Under the pieces are notes generated by a model that did no database searches, was not told the origin of the DNA, and worked only from the letters and a program-made list of their open reading frames with translations. Source: Ancylonema sp. (taxonomy: Eukaryota). From it: a stretch of 59,331 bases of DNA. A program made the position numbers and the translations under genes. The stretch is from NCBI GenBank assembly GCA_050230475.1, contig JBFLGF010000207.1:1-59331 (forward strand). Direction: 5' to 3'. Shown piece by piece: positions 38,338-50,259 of the stretch (the stretch's first letter is position 1; each line of letters opens with the position of its first letter).

Positions 38338-38623
38338 AAGCCACGAGGTCACGGAGAGCACGGAGCTCAGTCATAGCGCCAGCTGGTCAGCAAGTGGCCC
38401 ATGGCGGGGCGATAGAGTTCCACGTGGCACAGTACCAGGAGAATGCTGACTTGAGTGCCGTGTCCCTAGCCGCTGGAGGGAGAGGTGACAGTCGTTATTG
38501 GCCAGCAGTCAAAGTGACAGGCGCAGGGACTATATTGGCACAATGTCTTGCGGAGATTTCTGCCTCCCGCCAAAAGTTGTTCGGATTTTTATACCTGTAC
38601 GGAATGGTAGCGTAGTTGGACCA

Positions 38624-39020
38624 CACAGTTGGACAGACCGTAGACCGTTTCATAAACCGCAGAACTTTAGACCGGGTGTAGTTTTCTTCTCCGATTTTGG
38701 ACCGGGTCTGGACCCGGTTTTCAGGTTTTTTTAGCAGTTATTTCTGCTATATATTTACAAATTAAAAATGGTGTATTTGTTCACATCATACTTGCAAATT
38801 TGCAAAACGTACCGGTGGAGGGGTGAAGTGGTCATGTCGTAGGAAATAATATAGAGGAACAAATACAGCGATCTCCGGCGGAATCAACTTGATTTTTTTG
38901 TCTACAACTCCACATAACAAAATAAAAATCCTAGCAAACCGCGTTTTAGACTGCATAGACCGCGTTTGCGCGTCCAAATCGCGGTCTGACATCCAGTTCT
39001 AGCTAGTCTGTGCAGTTAAC
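38624..39020. mobile_element. MITE (AGACC/GGTCT-rich family) upstream of the apyrase; partial copy at 43071-43395
   Basis: Left end CACAGTTGGACAGAC, weak right TIR GTCTGTGCAG, repeated AGACC/GGTC motifs; homologous to 25655-26130. Confidence 0.55.
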
Positions 39021-39615
39021 ACGAAACACGCCACGCGTTTGCTGACGAGAGATTTATTTCGACTGGTGCGCGCATGGGTGTACCTTAAAACGTACGATTT
39101 TCGTACATACGCCTTGGCACGTGTGTACGGGCACAAGCGTGGAATGCACATGCAAGGAGTGTTCCCAAGCAAATCGTGTGAAAATATTTCCAACATTATC
39201 TCCCACATTTCCGACAATGACCTGGGTTTCATGTTCCAATGACGAATGTAGGTGATTATCCCACTATCACTAGGATGTAAAACAAAAAAAATGAGTACAA
39301 CAAAAATGATTATTCAAGTCCGTAGCCACGACACTCAATCGTGGAATGCAAAATAATATGGAAAAAATATATCTACACGATATATACAACCAGTGACGAC
39401 TTCAACAATCCAAACTCATTTTCGAGTTGTCGTTGACACCACAAAGAAATCAAACACGCCTCTAAAATTGAGTAAGATATAACCATTAACATGCATTGAC
39501 CGCAAATACTTCTCTCCCAACTTCCCCAACAAAAACATCCATCACACCACTCGAAAAAATATGCGAGACTCTGTTCAAAACTCAAAGATCGTGTTTGTAA
39601 GATTCCAAGACCTAC

Positions 39616-40650
39616 TCAAACATCCGACCCTTTTCTTCCTTGAGCCGTCCGAAAGGGGCGCTTGCTATCGATGAGGTATGTGAGGCCTTGGATGACATGT
39701 TGGCGGGTGAAGGGTACCCCTGTCTTCGCAAGTGCGTTTCCTTGGGCATCAAGGAGCACAAAACACGGGACGTATGTGATGTCATAGTTTCCGACCTGCG
39801 TATCCGATTCACCCCATATCAGAACAGGAGGAACCCCTGAGCGAATACAAAAGGGGCTAAGAGCTTATTGTGTATGGAGGAATGCAGCGAAAACATCGTA
39901 GGCATTCGGAAGCAATACCATGACATTCGAATTTGTTTCATGCAAAGTTGCAACTTTCTTGACCCGTTTATCCTTGACATCTTTTCAAGAGAATCTATAA
40001 ATTTTCTGGCTCCAATCGTGTCTAAAACTTGAATAAAAGCACACTACAAGTGCAAAGCATTGCACATTCTTACAAATGTAATCATGAGCATTGAGTTTAA
40101 ATCATACAGGATTCTTTTATACAAACATGCAAAGAAATGTGCGTACAATTTTACATTCATCTATGCATACATATATGCCAACATTAATTTTTACAAATAA
40201 TGAAACATGAGCGAATGAGATGTACCCATGTATGCATGCATGCAATACAAATATACACACATACCTAGACACACACATACAGAATGCGTCCATACATACG
40301 TTGTGTGCCCTTAGATGAAAACATGCTTGCGTGCAACCGATCAATAAATACAATCATGCATATGATCATACATACACACATGCACATAGATTAAAAAAAA
40401 AAACAAAGTCGTGCATACAGACACGCATGCAAGCATGCTTCCCCAAAACTAATCCCACCTCAGGCATCCACATTTTGCTCTCCACATCCGCCTTCGAAAT
40501 GCTAAGCCACTCCCTCTCTTTTTGCTCCCATTCTTCTACTAAACCCTGTAGGGAATTGCAGAGGCGGCATTTTTTGGAGTAAAAACCTAAAACGGTCGCC
40601 CGCTTGCCACTCGCCAGAGCGGACGCAAAGGCTCGTTGCTCGAAATCGAC
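39616..40650 (-). pseudogene. Duplicated last two exons of the thioredoxin-like gene
   Basis: Exons 40650-40459 and 39795-39616 match 45025-44834 and 44170-43991, with splice sites intact. Confidence 0.7.
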
Positions 40651-42073
40651 CTAAAAAACCGGAAGATCGAAAATAACGTCCGTTAGAAAGTTGGACCCAC
40701 CAACCGAATCATCGAGATATGTGCTATAAAAAAAAAAAAATGTTGTCATCCAATAATGACATCGCCGCCCTGCAACCGGTGTCGATACATGGATTCACAT
40801 CTCATGTTGCAATGTTGCAATGTTGAAAACAATGCATTCCTTATTTTGGAATGTCACCGTAATTTAGAAGTGCAGAAATCGTTTGTGTGGCGGCCAGTCG
40901 ACACGAAATCCGGGGGTTAGGATTTTGATGGGTAGAATTTTTGTCCATAAGTGTGAGAATGGTTTCTTGCATTTCAACAATGATCACGTCACTTTCTACC
41001 GAGCTCACCCAAAATGAGTCAAGGTCGAGGTCACGATTGCGTTTAAATACTCAAACTCGGCCTCCAATAATTTATTCATCTTTCTTTCGACTTTCACGTT
41101 TAGCATAGGATCCTACACGACTCGTCGACTCGTTTCAGGGTTTTTAGGGTTGTAGGGTTTTTAGGGTTGTTTCTCTTTTAATTGATCGATAGTGCTTCAA
41201 AATCTGTGAAAAGACAATGAACATTCACGTCCAGATCCCTCAAGTGGTCCTGACATAGTTTTATGATATCTGTTTTTATTCCAGTTCATTGTTTGGATAA
41301 GTAAGTTTCACAACTAATTACAAGTAATTATCAAGTACATGTTTCAGAAACAATTGTAAGACACAATATTTGTATCGATGACACACACGTGTGTGTAGGT
41401 AGGTATACATTGACTCTGAGCATATCTGTACAAGTGCATACTTGAAAACGTTGACATATGTGCGCATAGATGGATAGTTTTACTGTCCTATTATGTACAT
41501 ACACACACGCATAGTAATCTGTGTGAACTTACATAACTATACACCTCACCCGTTTATAATGTTAACATCTGTATATATTCATACATACATGTGTGCAGAC
41601 ATATAAATACAGACATGTATACATACATACAGACAGACATACATACATGTATGTGCGTATCACAATTTCCGACAATGACCTGGGTTTCATGTTCCAATGA
41701 CGAATGTAGGTGATTATCCCACTATCACTAGGATGTAAAACAAAAAAAATGAGTACAACAAAAATGATTATTCAAGTCCGTAGCCACGACACTCAATCGT
41801 GGAATGCAAAATAATATGGAAAAAATATATCTACACGATATATACAACCAGTGACGACTTCAACAATCCAAACTCATTTTCGAGTTGTCGTTGACACCAC
41901 AAAGAAATCAAACACGCCTCTAAAATTGAGTAAGATATAACCATTAACATGCATTGACCGCAAATACTTCTCTCCCAACTTCCCCAACAAAAACATCCAT
42001 CACACCACTCGAAAAAATATGCGAGACTCTGTTCAAAACTCAAAGATCGTGTTTGTAAGATTCCAAGACCTAC

Positions 42074-43069
42074 TCAAACATCCGACCCTTTTCTTCCTTG
42101 AGCCGTCCGAAAGGGGCGCTTGCTATCGATGAGGTATGTGAGGCCTTGGATGACATGTTGGCGGGTGAAGGGTACCCCTGTCTTCGCAAGTGCGTTTCCT
42201 TGGGCATCAAGGAGCACAAAACACGGGACGTATGTGATGTCATAGTTTCCGACCTGCGTATCCGATTCACCCCATATCAGAACAGGAGGAACCCCTGAGC
42301 GAATACAAAAGGGGCTAAGAGCTTATTGTGTATGGAGGAATGCAGCGAAAACATCGTAGGCATTCGGAAGCAATACCATGACATTCGAATTTGTTTCATG
42401 CAAAGTTGCAACTTTCTTGACCCGTTTATCCTTGACATCTTTTCAAGAGAATCTATAAATTTTCTGGCTCCAATCGTGTCTAAAACTTGAATAAAAGCAC
42501 ACTACAAGTGCAAAGCATTGCACATTCTTACAAATGTAATCATGAGCATTGAGTTTAAATCATACAGGATTCTTTTATACAAACATGCAAAGAAATGTGC
42601 GTACAATTTTACATTCATCTATGCATACATATATGCCAACATTAATTTTTACAAATAATGAAACATGAGCGAATGAGATGTACCCATGTATGCATGCATG
42701 CAATACAAATATACACACATACCTAGACACACACATACAGAATGCGTCCATACATACGTTGTGTGCCCTTAGATGAAAACATGCTTGCGTGCAACCGATC
42801 AATAAATACAATCATGCATATGATCATACATACACACATGCACATAGATTAAAAAAAAAAACAAAGTCGTGCATACAGACACGCATGCAAGCATGCTTCC
42901 CCAAAACTAATCCCACCTCAGGCATCCACATTTTGCTCTCCACATCCGCCTTCGAAATGCTAAGCCACTCCCTCTCTTTTTGCTCCCATTCTTCTACTAA
43001 ACCCTGTAGGGAATTGCAGAGGCGGCATTTTTTGGAGTAAAACCCTAAAACGGTCGCCCGCTTGCCACT
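42074..43069 (-). pseudogene. Third, 5'-truncated copy of the thioredoxin-like 3' exons
   Basis: The last exon (42253-42074) is intact. The CRLC exon is cut at the 43069 junction and has lost its acceptor. Confidence 0.7.
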
Positions 43070-43990
43070 ATTTGGACCGGGTCTGGACCCGGTTTTCAGG
43101 TTTTTTTCGCAGTTATTTCTGCTATATTTTTACAAATTAAAAATGGTGTAATTGTTCACATCATACTTGCAAATTTGCAAAACGTACCGGTGGAGTGGTG
43201 AAGTGGTCATGTCGTAGGAAATAATATAGGGGAACAAATCCAGCGATCTCCGGCGGAATCAACTTGATTTTTTTGTCTACAACTCCACATAACAAAATAA
43301 AAATCCTAGCAAACCGCGTTTTAGACTGCATAGACCGCGTTTGCGCGTCCAAATCGCGGTCTGACATCCAGTTCTAGCTAGTCTGTGCAGTTAACACGAA
43401 ACACGCCACGCGTTTGCTGACGAGAGATTTATTTCGACTGGTGCGCGCATGGGTGTACCTTAAAACGTACGATTTTCGTACATACGCCTTGGCACGTGTG
43501 TACGGGCACAAGCGTGGAATGCACATGCAAGGAGTGTTCCCAAGCAAATCGTGTGAAAATATTTCCAACATTATCTCCCACATTTCCGACAATGACCTGG
43601 GTTTCATGTTCCAATGACGAATGTAGGTGATTATCCCACTATCACTAGGATGTAAAACAAAAAAAATGAGTACAACAAAAATGATTATTCAAGTCCGTAG
43701 CCACGACACTCAATCGTGGAATGCAAAATAATATGGAAAAAATATATCTACACGATATATACAACCAGTGACGACTTCAACAATCCAAACTCATTTTCGA
43801 GTTGTCGTTGACACCACAAAGAAATCAAACACGCCTCTAAAATTGAGTAAGATATAACCATTAACATGCATTGACCGCAAATACTTCTCTCCCAACTTCC
43901 CCAACAAAAACATCCATCACACCACTCGAAAAAATATGCGAGACTCTGTTCAAAACTCAAAGATCGTGTTTGTAAGATTCCAAGACCTAC

Positions 43991-45025
43991 TCAAACATCC
44001 GACCCTTTTCTTCCTTGAGCCGTCCGAAAGGGGCGCTTGCTATCGATGAGGTATGTGAGGCCTTGGATGACATGTTGGCGGGTGAAGGGTACCCCTGTCT
44101 TCGCAAGTGCGTTTCCTTGGGCATCAAGGAGCACAAAACACGGGACGTATGTGATGTCATAGTTTCCGACCTGCGTATCCGATTCACCCCATATCAGAAC
44201 AGGAGGAACCCCTGAGCGAATACAAAAGGGGCTAAGAGCTTATTGTGTATGGAGGAATGCAGCGAAAACATCGTAGGCATTCGGAAGCAATACCATGACA
44301 TTCGAATTTGTTTCATGCAAAGTTGCAACTTTCTTGACCCGTTTATCCTTGACATCTTTTCAAGAGAATCTATAAATTTTCTGGCTCCAATCGTGTCTAA
44401 AACTTGAATAAAAGCACACTACAAGTGCAAAGCATTGCACATTCTTACAAATGTAATCATGAGCATTGAGTTTAAATCATACAGGATTCTTTTATACAAA
44501 CATGCAAAGAAATGTGCGTACAATTTTACATTCATCTATGCATACATATATGCCAACATTAATTTTTACAAATAATGAAACATGAGCGAATGAGATGTAC
44601 CCATGTATGCATGCATGCAATACAAATATACACACATACCTAGACACACACATACAGAATGCGTCCATACATACGTTGTGTGCCCTTAGATGAAAACATG
44701 CTTGCGTGCAACCGATCAATAAATACAATCATGCATATGATCATACATACACACATGCACATAGATTAAAAAAAAAAACAAAGTCGTGCATACAGACACG
44801 CATGCAAGCATGCTTCCCCAAAACTAATCCCACCTCAGGCATCCACATTTTGCTCTCCACATCCGCCTTCGAAATGCTAAGCCACTCCCTCTCTTTTTGC
44901 TCCCATTCTTCTACTAAACCCTGTAGGGAATTGCAGAGGCGGCATTTTTTGGAGTAAAAACCTAAAACGGTCGCCCGCTTGCCACTCGCCAGAGCGGACG
45001 CAAAGGCTCGTTGCTCGAAATCGAC
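43991..45025 (-). CDS. Thioredoxin-fold protein with CRLC active site; last two exons shown, 5' exons probably within 45100-47100 but unresolved
   Basis: Not in the ORF track. Exon 45025-44834 ([64 protein letters not shown]) splices in phase to 44170-43991 ([47 protein letters not shown]...*). CxxC and the cis-Pro (VP) motif are present. Confidence 0.85.
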
Positions 45026-46535
45026 CTAAAAAACCGGAAGATCGAAAATAACGTCCGTTAGAAAGTTGGACCCACCAACCGAATCATCGAGATATGTGCT
45101 ATAAAAAAAAAAAAATGTTGTCATCCAATAATGACATCGCCGCCCTGCAACCGGTGTCGATACATGGATTCACATCTCATGTTGCAATGTTGCAATGTTG
45201 AAAACAATGCATTCCTTATTTTGGAATGTCACCGTAATTTAGAAGTGCAGAAATCGTTTGTGTGGCGGCCAGTCGACACGAAATCCGGGGGTTAGGATTT
45301 TGATGGGTAGAATTTTTGTCCATAAGTGTGAGAATGGTTTCTTGCATTTCAACAATGATCACGTCACTTTCTACCGAGCTCACCCAAAATGAGTCAAGGT
45401 CGAGGTCACGATTGCGTTTAAATACTCAAACTCGGCCTCCAATAATTTATTCATCTTTCTTTCGACTTTCACGTTTAGCATAGGATCCTACACGACTCGT
45501 CGACTCGTTTCAGGGTTTTTAGGGTTGTAGGGTTTTTAGGGTTGTTTCTCTTTTAATTGATCGATAGTGCTTCAAAATCTGTGAAAAGACAATGAACATT
45601 CACGTCCAGATCCCTCAAGTGGTCCTGACATAGTTTTATGATATCTGTTTTTATTCCAGTTCATTGTTTGGATAAGTAAGTTTCACAACTAATTACAAGT
45701 AATTATCAAGTACATGTTTCAGAAACAATTGTAAGACACAATATTTGTATCGATGACACACACGTGTGTGTAGGTAGGTATACATTGACTCTGAGCATAT
45801 CTGTACAAGTGCATACTTGAAAACGTTGACATATGTGCGCATAGATGGATAGTTTTACTGTCCTATTATGTACATACACACACGCATAGTAATCTGTGTG
45901 AACTTACATAACTATACACCTCACCCGTTTATAATGTTAACATCTGTATATATTCATACATACATGTGTGCAGACATATAAATACAGACATGTATACATA
46001 CATACAGACAGACATACATACATGTATGTGCGTATCACAATCCCATAATCCTGGTGGTACTTTCAACGGTCCACAACCTCTAAGTTTGCAAATGCGGCAT
46101 CTGTCACACCCGCATTGATTTCTCCACGTAAAGTTGACCCTTGTTATAGTCACCGTGACAGTAATGAGGATAGTAAGAATAGGTCTAAAGTGAACACAGT
46201 GGACCATTGGATCATCGGATCTTAAATTGGCGAAACGTGAAGCTCGATCACCACAAACGCAATCTCGACCTCCCGTGTATCACTCTAAAACGGGACACGT
46301 GTCAGAGCAGCAAGTGACTCACGGCACTCAATGTGTCGACTGAAGTAGACTCGGATTCGGGTGCACCAAATCTCTGCAAGGGAAGCAGCATAGATTGTAA
46401 CCGACAATACATATAACGGGTCACATTTTACTTATAACGACTTCGAGGTCACAAGTTACGGGTACAGGTCACAGGTTGCGAGTCACTAATTGCGGGGTGC
46501 AGGTCAAAATTGCGACATTTTGCCTCAGTACGGCA

Positions 46536-48307
46536 CCAGCTCCTGGTTTGCGGAGGATAGCGAGGCTTTAAGGTTATCATGATTATATTAAAATGCCCGA
46601 TGGCAACAACCGCTCGGGCGTTGGAGTGGATATAACGAAGGAAGACATGAAGCGTGGCAGGATGGTAAACTGTCTTCCGTAAAAACCTATAAGATTTTAT
46701 TTTTTTGGAGTGATTGTTAGGAAGGTTCGTTGTTCCTGGTACGAAAAATTGATTCGTGTTTCTACAAATTCAATTTACGCGTCATAAGTCTTATGGCGAA
46801 ATGGTATGCACAAGTGGCCTTCGCCGCCTGGCGAACTGAGATTGACAGAAATGGCGTCATCGGCTGCCTTACCAAATTGAAGCCCATTGCCTCGGACGCC
46901 CCTCGAGCCAACCAGTTTGCTGTTCAAGGCCTCTCTGCCAGGAGACCTTCAACGTGAGGAGGGATTGGGCTGCAGACGCTAAATGCGGTCTGGTACGGAA
47001 CAGCACGGTGCCGTCTGGTATCGTGGAGCGGTTCCGGTGCCGTTGGAGACGGGCTACAAAATATGAAAGTGACGAGTATCCTTCGGAGGGTTACCCTCTT
47101 GTCCCATCCCGATCGGGCTTCCCAGCCTCACCTCAACGGCACCTATAATTTCCACCACAGCTGCACGACACGGCACTGAGACCATCCGAGACGCCATATC
47201 CGATACGGGGATAGGGCGATACAGCTCGACACGTCGTGCTTATTCCAATTTTCCCCGAGACGCGTATCAGTGTCTGATACGATACGACACGACGCGGCCC
47301 GTGTCTCATCCCCGCGGGGAAATAAAATATGCATAAACTGAAGGCGCAATTTTTTTGGGGAAAAGGAAAAATTAAAATTTTATCGTTGTAACGGATAATG
47401 CTCGTCGTAACGCTTGTTTTTCCAGCTCCTGGTTTGCGGAGGATAGCGAGGCTTTAAGGTTATCATGATTATATTAAAATGCCCGATGGCAACAACCGCT
47501 CGGGCGTTGGAGTGGATATAACGAAGGAAGACATGAAGCGTGGCAGGATGGTAAACTGTCTTCCGTAAAAACCTATAAGATTTTATTTTTTTGGAGTGAT
47601 TGTTAGGAAGGTTCGTTGTTCCTGGTACGAAAAATTGATTCGTGTTTCTACAAATTCAATTTACGCGTCATAAGTCTTATGGCGAAATGGTATGCACAAG
47701 TGGCCTTCGCCGCCTGGCGAACTGAGATTGACAGAAATGGCGTCATCGGCTGCCTTACCAAATTGAAGCCCATTGCCTCGGACGCCCCTCGAGCCAACCA
47801 GTTTGCTGTTCAAGGCCTCTCTGCCAGGAGACCTTCAACGTGAGGAGGGATTGGGCTGCAGACGCTAAATGCGGTCTGGTACGGAACAGCACGGTGCCGT
47901 CTGGTATCGTGGAGCGGTTCCGGTGCCGTTGGAGACGGGCTACAAAATATGAAAGTGACGAGTATCCTTCGGTGGGTTACCCTCTTGTCCCATCCCGATC
48001 GGGCTTCCCAGCCTCACCTCAACGGCACCTATAATTTCCACCACAGCTGCACGACACGGCACTGAGACCATCCGAGACGCCATATCCGATACGGGGATAG
48101 GGCGATACAGCTCGACACGTCGTGCTTATTCCAATTTTCCCCGAGACGCGTATCAGTGTCTGATACGATACGACACGACGCGGCCCGTGTCTCATCCCCG
48201 CGGGGAAATAAAATATGCATAAACTGAAGGCGCAATTTTTTTGGGGAAAAGGAAAAATTAAATTTTATCGTTGTAACGGATAATGCTCGTCGTAACGCTT
48301 GTTTTTC
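46536..48307. repeat. Tandem duplication with an 886-bp unit (46536-47421 and 47422-48307)
   Basis: One substitution and one 1-bp indel were noticed. The first copy ends inside a MITE. Confidence 0.95.
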
Positions 48308-48490
48308 TAGGTGTATAAGTCCAATGTACACAAGTTTGGCAGGACACGTGTATCGCGCATTTGATACGGTATGTGTATCAAGACGATATGATGCGGGCCA
48401 TGTTGGAACCCCGATACGGGGATACAATGGGCGATACGCCCTATCGTATCGGGAACGTGTCCGATACGATACGCGTATCGTGCAACTACG
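48042..48490. mobile_element. hAT-type MITE (CGATAC-rich), complete; truncated copy at 47156-47422
   Basis: Imperfect 17-bp TIRs CACAGCTGCACGACACG and CGTATCGTGCAACTACG; 8-bp flanks ATTTCCAC and TTTTCCAC (one mismatch, hAT-type TSD length); subterminal GATACG/CGTATC motifs. Confidence 0.82.
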
Positions 48491-50259
48491 TTTTCCACCC
48501 AATTGTAAAATACAAGTTCGGAAAGAGTTAGACGAGTGGTATTGAAGGTAGGCGTGAGACGAAGGAGTCTCCTCATGCGAAGCACATTCACTCATCCAAT
48601 TGAACACCAACGTCAATGTCGACATCAACGTGAACTACACGTGCATTGCAATGGGAAACACAGCTAATATGTTTGAACAATGGGAATCCCATCCTGTTAC
48701 AACGAAAAGGAGTCCGATGCGAGAGAACAAACAAAAAGAAACCAAATGATGATACAAAATAGGATCACACACATATTGTAGATCACTAACACAATACTCA
48801 CAAACCGAATAACGAGCACATGAAACATTGAGAAAACCCCACAATCACGAGATCCCTAATTGATGTGGCCGCGCGAGCGGGGAGTGTAGATAAGGAAGAC
48901 GAATCCGTCTACAAACGAGCCGTCCGCGCATGAATCGCTTGGGCCTGCGATTGCAAAGGATCGTCACTATCTTTACTGTATTTGTACGTGCAATAGCGTC
49001 TATTTCTCTTTCATACACATAGCTCCCTCATTTGAGGGAGGGACGTGATCGGTAGACTACATAGAGGGGTTTTTTTTAATGGCCATAAGACCATTACACG
49101 TAGAACTCACTAGTTGAGATTTTGAACTGTTCCCAAACCAGAATTTTGAACGAGCTCGATTTTTAATTACGTATTTTAAGGATTATTGTTTCACAATTTT
49201 CATATTCAAAACTTGTTCTTACATCATTTCTTTTTTTGCTTTGAGGATCTTGTAAAGACTGATACAGTCGATTACATACTGTAATACACGTCCACCCAAA
49301 TTTTAACTGACCACAATGCTTGCAAAAAAGAGATGTATGGTTTAATTCTATCATGGTTTCTAATGTATCAATTTGAAAACACAAGCTTTTTTGAAAGTGG
49401 CCTTCCTTGTTTCCCACCTCACTTTAGCCTCAACAATTTTTCATGTCCGGACGAAAGTACATATGTGTACATGTACAGTATAATGACATGTTGTATGAAT
49501 TTGTTTCGTGGGCGACAGTGGCCACAATTGCGGAGAGAGGTTTTTGTCACAAGACCAAGATGGGCTGACAATTGCATTCTCGAGAAGATGAACACATTTG
49601 GACAACACACTAGTAAACCGTTTTTGTTTACCGACTTGGTCTACGATTGCAGCATGTCTAGAAAGAAACACAACGCGATTAATATAGAAGACAAAAAACA
49701 AAAAAACGATTTTGCTTGAGTAATGTGAAGCGATGATATGATGTTCGAAATATTGTAAGAAGAAAGGATTACAATATCATAATGTCACGAGGGTAGTGCT
49801 ACCTCATGCATTAGTCTTGAAAAAACACACAAGCATTGTGGATCTCGATAAAAGTAGAGGGCGATGAGGGCTGTACATCTTCAGAGTAGGAGGTAATATT
49901 TCCTTAAAAGTACTTCTGGAAGGAGGGAAGGAAGGAATCCAATCATGGTAAAAAAAAATGGAAGGACCAAATTGCAAACCTCAAAACAAGTAACCGCGAG
50001 TGTTGAAAACTCTCAAAATCCATATTCATTACATGGTCATCTTCCTTCGAATTCCAACCACACGCTGTACTCAAAATGTCACGAATAAATTTTATGCCTT
50101 GAAAAAAGGTAAGACCGCGCGTGTCATCATATTTACTACCACGCAACGTTTGACATCATGTGCAACGTATGGAGAGGAAGTTGGTTCTTGTACACACACA
50201 CCAACTACATTGTAACTAGGACCCTACACAATTCCTACCAAAATCTCTAAGTGGGTTAC

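Larger units (their letters stand above)
38696..46041. repeat. Complex near-identical direct repeat: 38696-41666 = 43071-46041, with 41665-43069 = 39207-40611 between them
   Basis: Offsets of 4375 and 2458 bp, seen in the sequence and in the repeated ORF translations. Confidence 0.96.

Noticed and set aside
39373..44957. Triplicated short ORFs ([27 protein letters not shown] and others)
   Set aside because: They are wrong-frame, antisense or intronic readings repeated by the duplication; the real coding signal is the spliced thioredoxin.
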